From contig JAHCIT010000009.1 of assembly GCA_026129095.1 (NCBI GenBank), forward strand, positions 62,001-126,000: a stretch of 64,000 bases of DNA. Direction: 5' to 3'. The stretch comes from Deltaproteobacteria bacterium (GTDB lineage Bacteria; JAGRBM01; JAHCIT01). The translations under genes were made by a program, and so were the position numbers. Shown one piece after another: positions 58,287-64,000 of this stretch. Every line of letters starts with the position of its first letter. The first letter of the stretch is position 1. The notes under the pieces are model-generated. The model had not been told where the DNA came from and ran no database searches. It worked only from the letters and a program-made list of their open reading frames with translations.

Positions 58287-58618
58287 GCGTCACGTTCGGG
58301 GGGTTCCGGTCCATGTGGCTCGTGTCAATGTTCGATCTGCCCGTGGACACGGCTGAGGCCCGCAAGCAGTACACCCGGTTCCGCAAGGGGCTTCTCAAGG
58401 ACGGCTTTACGATGATGCAGTTCTCGGTGTACATTCGCCACTGCGCGTCGGACGAAAACGCGCAGGTCCACGCCAGGCGGGTGCAGGCGATGCTCCCCCC
58501 GGACGGCGAGGTGAGGCTGCTTCTCATCACCGACAAGCAGTTCGGACGAATGCAGGTTTACTGGGGAAAACGGCGCAGGCCGCCGGAAAACGCCCCGGCC
58601 CAGGTGGAGATGTTCTGA
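58283..58618 (+). CDS. cas2: CRISPR-associated Cas2
   Basis: MWLVSMFDLPV, FRKGLLKDGFTMMQFSVY, ITDKQF; ATGA overlap with cas1. Confidence 0.96.
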   Translation: MSVTFGGFRSMWLVSMFDLPVDTAEARKQYTRFRKGLLKDGFTMMQFSVYIRHCASDENAQVHARRVQAMLPPDGEVRLLLITDKQFGRMQVYWGKRRRPPENAPAQVEMF

Positions 58619-58631
58619 TGGCTGGCCCGTA

Positions 58632-58683
58632 TCCCGTAAGCCCCCGAAACCGCTTTCACCGGCGATTTCAGGGGCTTACGGGA
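58632..58683 (-). terminator. Long hairpin between cas2 and the array (probable end of the pre-crRNA)
   Basis: TCCCGTAAGCCCC / GGGGCTTACGGGA, a perfect 13 bp that extends to 22 bp with two G-U pairs on the minus strand. Confidence 0.6.
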
Positions 58684-58688
58684 GGGGT

Positions 58689-59052
58689 AGTGTAACTGAC
58701 TGGAGCCTGCCCGCAACTCAAAACCGTATATCCTGTCGATGGTCTGTTCGACCAGTGTAACTGACTGGAGCCTGCCCGCAACTCAAAACCATAGAGCTGG
58801 CGGAAAGCGCATTCTACAGAGTGTAACTGACTGGAGCCTGCCCGCAACTCAAAACTCGCGGTTATAGACGTTGAACCGTTCGCCAGTGTAACTGACTGGA
58901 GCCTGCCCGCAACTCAAAACTCACCGGAGCCCCCGGAGGCATCGGGGCTTAGTGTAACTGACTGGAGCCTGCCCGCAACTCAAAACATCTCAGGGCACGG
59001 TGGCAGCGCCTCGATAAGTGTAACTGACTGGAGCCTGCCCGCAACTCAAAAC
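58689..59052 (-). CRISPR. CRISPR array: 6 identical 36-nt repeats, 5 spacers (29, 30, 29, 30, 30 nt)
   Basis: Repeats start at 58689, 58754, 58820, 58885, 58951 and 59017. The minus-strand repeat GTTTTGAGTTGCGGGCAGGCTCCAGTCAGTTACACT begins GTTTT and pairs with the tracrRNA. Confidence 0.98.
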
Positions 59053-59096
59053 GGAAACAGAGGCTTCGCCCCCGTTTCCGTTTCGAGTGAGGCAGG
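59034..59096 (-). other. Leader-repeat RNA hairpin
   Basis: Inverted partial repeat copy GTTTCGAGT-GA-GGCAGG within the leader. Confidence 0.8.
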
Positions 59097-59259
59097 AAAC
59101 ACTTTAAAAGGCTCGCCTCCCGACACGCCGTTTCTTTGCGGCCGGAGCTCCGCTTGCCGAACCGGCGTTCAGCCGGTTAGGGACCACCTCCGGCCCGAAG
59201 CACCCGCCCCGGCCGGGCGGACGGCGGGACCGGAAAAACACCCTCTTAAAGGAAGCATT

Positions 59260-60147
59260 ATGGAAATCCAGCAGGTCGGAGTCGTGGGTCTCGGAGCGAT
59301 GGGGAGCGGCATCGTCAATGTCGTCTCCAAGGCGGGTATCAGGGTCGTGGCGGTGAAGGCCACTGGCGGCGATACGAGCAAGGCCCGGAAAGATTTCGAG
59401 GCCGGGATCGACAAGGAGGTGAGCCGGGGGAAGCTCGCCATTTACAAGGCCAATGCCGCCAAGAACGGCGTCACCTGGGCGGCCGGGCTGGATGAGCTGA
59501 AGGACTGCGACCTGATCATCGAGTCGATCGTCGAGGAACTGGACAAGAAGAACGACCTGTTCAGCAAGCTGGACAGGATCGTCAAGCCCGAGGGCATCTT
59601 CACGACCAACACGTCCACCATCGGGATCGACCAGATGGCCTCGGCGGTAAAGCGCGCCGACAAGTTCGCCGGGCTCCACTTCTTCAACCCCGCCCCGGTG
59701 ATGGGCCTCGTGGAGGTCATCACGGGATCCAGGACGTCCGGCGACACGAAGAACTCCCTCGTCTCCTTCTGCAAGGACGTGAACAAGTCGCCTGTTCCGC
59801 TCGCCTCGGCGCCGGGTTTCATCGTCAACCGGCTGCTGGTTCCCTACCTCGTGGATTCGATCCGGCTCATGGAGCAGGGCGTGTCGAACCCCGCCGACAT
59901 CGACACGGCGATGAAGCTGGGCTGCAACCACCCGATGGGGCCCTTCGAACTGAGCGACTACATCGGCCTGGATATCGTCAAGCACATGGCCGACATCCTC
60001 CATTCCGAGCTGAAGGAAGAACGCCTGAAGAGCCCGCCGAGCCTGGTGAAGCTGGTGGCAAAGGGCGACCTCGGCCGCAAGAGCGGCAAGGGCTACTACG
60101 ACTATTCGGGCGGCGGCCAGAAGGTGAATCCCGACGCCAAGGCGTAA
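59260..60147 (+). CDS. hbd: 3-hydroxyacyl(butyryl)-CoA dehydrogenase
   Basis: GLGAMGSG, NTST, GLHFFNP, GFIVNRLL, HPMGPF. Confidence 0.9.
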   Translation: MEIQQVGVVGLGAMGSGIVNVVSKAGIRVVAVKATGGDTSKARKDFEAGIDKEVSRGKLAIYKANAAKNGVTWAAGLDELKDCDLIIESIVEELDKKNDLFSKLDRIVKPEGIFTTNTSTIGIDQMASAVKRADKFAGLHFFNPAPVMGLVEVITGSRTSGDTKNSLVSFCKDVNKSPVPLASAPGFIVNRLLVPYLVDSIRLMEQGVSNPADIDTAMKLGCNHPMGPFELSDYIGLDIVKHMADILHSELKEERLKSPPSLVKLVAKGDLGRKSGKGYYDYSGGGQKVNPDAKA

Positions 60148-60297
60148 GGGGCCTTTCGCTGACTCCCGCGTCAACCGGAACGGCCGGCCGGTTTATCTGC
60201 CGGTTGCCTGACTGCGCCAGACGGATTAACTAGCGCCCGCCCGCGGCCTTCCGGTTTCACGCGGAGCCCTCACACCCCAAGGACACAGCCAAGAGAC

Positions 60298-61467
60298 ATG
60301 GCCGGATTTCTGAACGAAGAGCACGAATCACTCCGGGACAGCGTACGCAAGTTCGTCGAGAAGGAGATCGTCCCGATCGCCGACGAACTGGACAACCGGG
60401 CAGCCGAGATCCCGATGGAGGTCATCCGGAAGATGGCCGAACAGGGCTACTTCGGCCTGATCCTGCCCGACAGCTACGGCGGTGCCGGGATGGACCACCT
60501 GTCAATGGCCATCGTGACCGAGGAACTGTCACGCGGCTGGCTGTCGGTGGGTTCGGTAATGACCCGCAATGTGATCGCCGGAACCCTGATCCTGAACGGC
60601 GGCACCGAGGAACAGAAAAAGCGCTGGCTCCCGGGGCTTGCCGACGGATCGCTGCTCAGCGCGGCGGCGTTCACCGAGCCCAATCACGGTTCCGACACGG
60701 CGAGCTTCGAGCTCAAGGCCGAAAAGAAGGGCGATCACTACGTCCTGAACGGCCCCAAGACCTGGTGCACCTTCGCCAACCGGGCGAATGTCATGACCAT
60801 CCTCGCCCGGACGAATCCGGACAAGTCGCTCCGGCACAAGGGACTGTCGATGCTCGTGCTCGAAAAGAAGCCGGGCGATGATTTCATGCCGCCCAAGCTC
60901 ACCGGATCGTACATCCCGGCCATCGGCTACCACGGCCTCAAGTCCTGGTCGCTGAACTTCGAGGATCTGGAGCTTCCGGTCACGAACCTCATAGGCGGCG
61001 AGGAAGGCAAGGGCTTCTACCAGCTCATGACGACCTACGAGTCGGCCCGCATCCAGACGGCGGCCCGCGGCCTTGGCGTCGCGCAGGCGGCCTATGACCA
61101 CGCCCTGCAGTACGCCAGGGAACGCAAGCAGTTCGGAAAATACCTAGCCGAGCACCAGCTCATCCGGCACAAGCTGGCCCACATGGCCACTGATATCGAG
61201 GCCCTGCGCCAGCTCCTCTATTACGCCTGCGCCATGAAGGACCAGGGCAAGCGCTGCGACCTCGAAGCCGGCATGGCGAAGGTCAAGGCCGGGGAAGTGG
61301 CCGAGCACGTGACGAGCGAGGCGATGCAGATTCACGGCGGGTATGGCTACTCGAAGGAGTACCGGGCCCAGCGGTTCTGGCGCGACGGCCGGATCATCAA
61401 GATTTTCGAGGGCACATCGGAAATCCAGGCAGAAGTGATCGCCAAGCGGATCATCGACGGGAAATAG
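60298..61467 (+). CDS. Acyl-CoA dehydrogenase, methylsuccinyl-CoA dehydrogenase-like
   Basis: FTEPNHGSD, QLMTTYESARIQTAARGLGVAQ, QIHGGYGY, IFEGTSEIQ. Confidence 0.85.
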   Translation: MAGFLNEEHESLRDSVRKFVEKEIVPIADELDNRAAEIPMEVIRKMAEQGYFGLILPDSYGGAGMDHLSMAIVTEELSRGWLSVGSVMTRNVIAGTLILNGGTEEQKKRWLPGLADGSLLSAAAFTEPNHGSDTASFELKAEKKGDHYVLNGPKTWCTFANRANVMTILARTNPDKSLRHKGLSMLVLEKKPGDDFMPPKLTGSYIPAIGYHGLKSWSLNFEDLELPVTNLIGGEEGKGFYQLMTTYESARIQTAARGLGVAQAAYDHALQYARERKQFGKYLAEHQLIRHKLAHMATDIEALRQLLYYACAMKDQGKRCDLEAGMAKVKAGEVAEHVTSEAMQIHGGYGYSKEYRAQRFWRDGRIIKIFEGTSEIQAEVIAKRIIDGK

Positions 61468-61524
61468 GTACCGTCCCCCCGCGGGACGGTTCATTCACAT
61501 TACGAGAGAAGGAAACAGGGAAAC

Positions 61525-62451
61525 ATGTCTTACCATCTGGACAAGATCAGCGAGAAGAAGGTCCGCCGCTCCGAGCAGACCACGCCGGGCCACTCCGAGA
61601 AACTCTGCGCGAAGGCCGCCTCCGGCAATGCCGACATGGTGATGCTGGACCTTGAGGACGCCTGCGCCGTCTCGCAGAAGGTTGATGCCCGCAAGGTGGT
61701 CGGAAAGGCGCTGGCCGAGAACGACTGGGGCCAGAAGATCCGGGGCTTCCGTGCCAACAACATCCGCACCATCTGGTGCCTTGACGACATCATCGAGGTG
61801 CTCACCATCGCCCGCGATGCCGTGGACGTGATCGTGATTCCCAAGGTGTACGGCCCCGAGGAGATCCACTACTACGACTTCCTGTTCAACCAGCTCGAAT
61901 ACAAGCTCAACATGAAGAAGCAGGTGAAGTTCGAGGTGCTGATCGAAAGCGCGGCGGCGGCCCTCAAGGCCTATGACATCGCCAAGGCATCGCCCCGCAT
62001 GGACGCCCTCATCTTCGGTATCGCCGACTACGCCGGCGACGTGAATGCCCGCGTCATGAAGGGCGACGAGCAGTTCCAGGTATTCCACTGGGCCAAGAGC
62101 CAGGTGGTGACCGCCGCCCGCGCCGCGCTGATCGATTCAATCGACAACGTGACACTGGACTACAAGGATCTGGACCAGGTCCGCAAGGATGCCATCAACG
62201 CCCGCAACATGGGGTTTGACGGCAAGTGGTGCATCCACCCGACACACGTCGAGGTGGTGAACGAGGTGTTCACTCCCTCCGACGAGGAGATCAAGCGGGC
62301 CACCGAGATCATCGGTGCCTACGACAAGGCCGACAAGGAACAGGGCCTCGGCGCGATCACCTTCGGGACCGAGATGGTGGATGCGGCCACCCTGCGCGTG
62401 GAACGCTGGAAGCTTTCCATCGCCAAGCGCGTCGGCAAGATCAGGGCCTGA
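61525..62451 (+). CDS. CoA-ester lyase (malyl-CoA lyase / CitE family)
   Basis: LDLEDA, IPKV, LIES, FGIADY, GFDGKWCIHP, MVDAA. Confidence 0.88.
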   Translation: MSYHLDKISEKKVRRSEQTTPGHSEKLCAKAASGNADMVMLDLEDACAVSQKVDARKVVGKALAENDWGQKIRGFRANNIRTIWCLDDIIEVLTIARDAVDVIVIPKVYGPEEIHYYDFLFNQLEYKLNMKKQVKFEVLIESAAAALKAYDIAKASPRMDALIFGIADYAGDVNARVMKGDEQFQVFHWAKSQVVTAARAALIDSIDNVTLDYKDLDQVRKDAINARNMGFDGKWCIHPTHVEVVNEVFTPSDEEIKRATEIIGAYDKADKEQGLGAITFGTEMVDAATLRVERWKLSIAKRVGKIRA

Positions 62452-64000
62452 TCCGGTAAAGCGCAAAAACCGCCAAGGCGAGCCAGGCTGCCAGGCTGAT
62501 GGCGAGCCCTGCCGTCACTGATGCCGGTTCGAAGCTGAACTCCACCCGGCTTTCGCCGGCCGGAACCCACGCCCCGAGCTGGTAGCCGTTCACCGCCAGC
62601 ACGGGCTGGCGGACGTTGTTTACGTAGGCAACCCACCCCGGATAGTAGTTCTGGCGCAGGACCACCGGCCCCGGTTCCGGCCGTCTTGTGGAAACGACCT
62701 TCAGTTCCGGCCTCCAGGCGAGAATGGTCACCTCGCCGCCTACGGTATCACCCGACACGGCGGGCGGCGGTGCCGGACTGGAGCCGGTGAAACGTCCGAT
62801 GTATCCGGTGAGTTCCGGATTCCATTCCGGAGCCGAAACCGCGGCAACAAGGGATGCGGGATCGCCCGGGGTCTGCCATTGTCTCAACGCACGCGCGGCC
62901 GGGAGCGTGTTCTCCAGATAGCACGCACGCGCCGGGAACCGGCTGAACGGCGCCGAGCATACCCATTCTTCGCCCTCCCCGGCCGCAACCGACCGGTCTA
63001 CAGGCACGATGACCGCCCGCAGGTTCTCGATCCGGTGACGCCTGCCGGGCGAGATGGTCCGGTTGGCCCGTTCGTGATCGGCCAGCCATGACGAATTGAT
63101 ACCGTCCACAACGCTGAACGGCGCCAGCATGACTATGTTTCCGCGCAGGGTGTCCCAGCGGTACCGGGTCTCGGCACGCACCGGGTCCGTATCCAGCGAA
63201 CCCAGTGGCAGATTGATATAGAGGAGAGGCGGCTCGACGGAAGGATCGGGGAATGCTTCCTGGAGGGCCGGAAGCAGGGCCGGCGCATGGGACACCGATT
63301 CGGCGGGAGCCGACGGCAGGCTGGATGGCGAAAGCCACAACAGTTCGGCGGACAACACGGCAAGCAGGCACCACATTCCTGCTTTCGGTGCCCAGCGAAG
63401 CATCCACAGGGAAATCAGCGATACCGCCAGCAGCAGCGCCCCCAGCCGGAAACTGCCCATGACATGCAAGTTAAATGCAGGATTGCCGGGAACACCGGTC
63501 AGCTTCGCCAGGGATGTGGCCCATCCACCGGAAAGTGCCCCGACTACCGCAAGAACCAGCAGCGCGCCGCTCCAGAGAGCGAAAGCCGTCCGGCCGGGCC
63601 GGATATCCGCCCCCGGTTTCAGCTGCTCCAGCGCCAGCGCGCCTGCCAGCCCCCAGGCAACAAACGCATGGAGCAGCAGCCGCTCCGGGAACCGGAACTG
63701 CCCCCATCCGGGAAGCAATTGCGCCAGCAGGCTGTAAAGGCCCCCATACGAGCCCAGTGAAAGCCAGATAGCGGTTCCCGCCAGTCCCATCAGCCAGGCG
63801 ATACGCCTGTCCCGCCGGGCGGCCACCAGTATCCACGGCAGGGCAGCCAGCAATAGCAGCGAGGGGTGGGCCCGGATGAAGTAAACGACGCCCTCATTCG
63901 CCGGTGAGCGTGCGATGGCCGAAAAATCGGCCTGTACACCAGCTGAAGATGTATCGAAAAGTCCCGGGGCCAGCCATTCCACAAACCTTACCGGGTGCAG
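62441..64000 (-). CDS. YfhO-family membrane protein (GT-C-like), 5'-partial
   Basis: Many TM segments, FRFPER, NYYPGW..VN..VPAG..F.F.P and a terminal TM; the frame stays open to the window end. Confidence 0.8.
   Translation of the reverse strand: MHPVRFVEWLAPGLFDTSSAGVQADFSAIARSPANEGVVYFIRAHPSLLLLAALPWILVAARRDRRIAWLMGLAGTAIWLSLGSYGGLYSLLAQLLPGWGQFRFPERLLLHAFVAWGLAGALALEQLKPGADIRPGRTAFALWSGALLVLAVVGALSGGWATSLAKLTGVPGNPAFNLHVMGSFRLGALLLAVSLISLWMLRWAPKAGMWCLLAVLSAELLWLSPSSLPSAPAESVSHAPALLPALQEAFPDPSVEPPLLYINLPLGSLDTDPVRAETRYRWDTLRGNIVMLAPFSVVDGINSSWLADHERANRTISPGRRHRIENLRAVIVPVDRSVAAGEGEEWVCSAPFSRFPARACYLENTLPAARALRQWQTPGDPASLVAAVSAPEWNPELTGYIGRFTGSSPAPPPAVSGDTVGGEVTILAWRPELKVVSTRRPEPGPVVLRQNYYPGWVAYVNNVRQPVLAVNGYQLGAWVPAGESRVEFSFEPASVTAGLAISLAAWLALAVFALYRIRP

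Noticed and set aside
57361-59259. Type II-A or II-B assignment, or extra accessory cas genes
   Set aside because: No csn2, cas4 or other credible ORF lies between cas9 and hbd.
1-64000. tRNA, rRNA, transposase, integrase or prophage genes
   Set aside because: None recognised; no att-like direct repeats seen around the CRISPR locus.

Overview
GC-rich bacterial chromosomal window; the gene content suggests a deltaproteobacterial/Myxococcota-like organism, which is an inference. It is mostly housekeeping and envelope genes: methylmalonyl-CoA mutase and MeaB, a thiolase, a TetR-controlled LolA-like/MMPL/outer-membrane operon, two histidine kinases, a sulfite/nitrite reductase with ferredoxin, a GlcD-like oxidase, large surface proteins, a peptidoglycan-recycling operon (ldcA, serine hydrolase, mpl), a 2360-aa C25 (gingipain-type) protease, and a cluster resembling ethylmalonyl-CoA pathway genes. 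The main accessory element is a complete type II-C CRISPR-Cas9 locus at about 53.4-59.1 kb. It has a minus-strand tracrRNA with its own promoter and terminator, a 1240-aa Cas9, cas1, cas2, and a minus-strand array of 6 repeats and 5 spacers. RNA-level signals there include a long leader-repeat hairpin that folds only on the minus strand, a cas9 leader that is antisense to the tracrRNA, and a 13-nt seed match of one spacer inside a host glycosyltransferase gene. Other oddities are a lipoprotein carrying a winged-HTH domain behind a putative sigma54 promoter with phased repeats, and an exported degenerate PIMT/DsbD-N fusion. All calls come from reading motifs by eye; no database searches were run.
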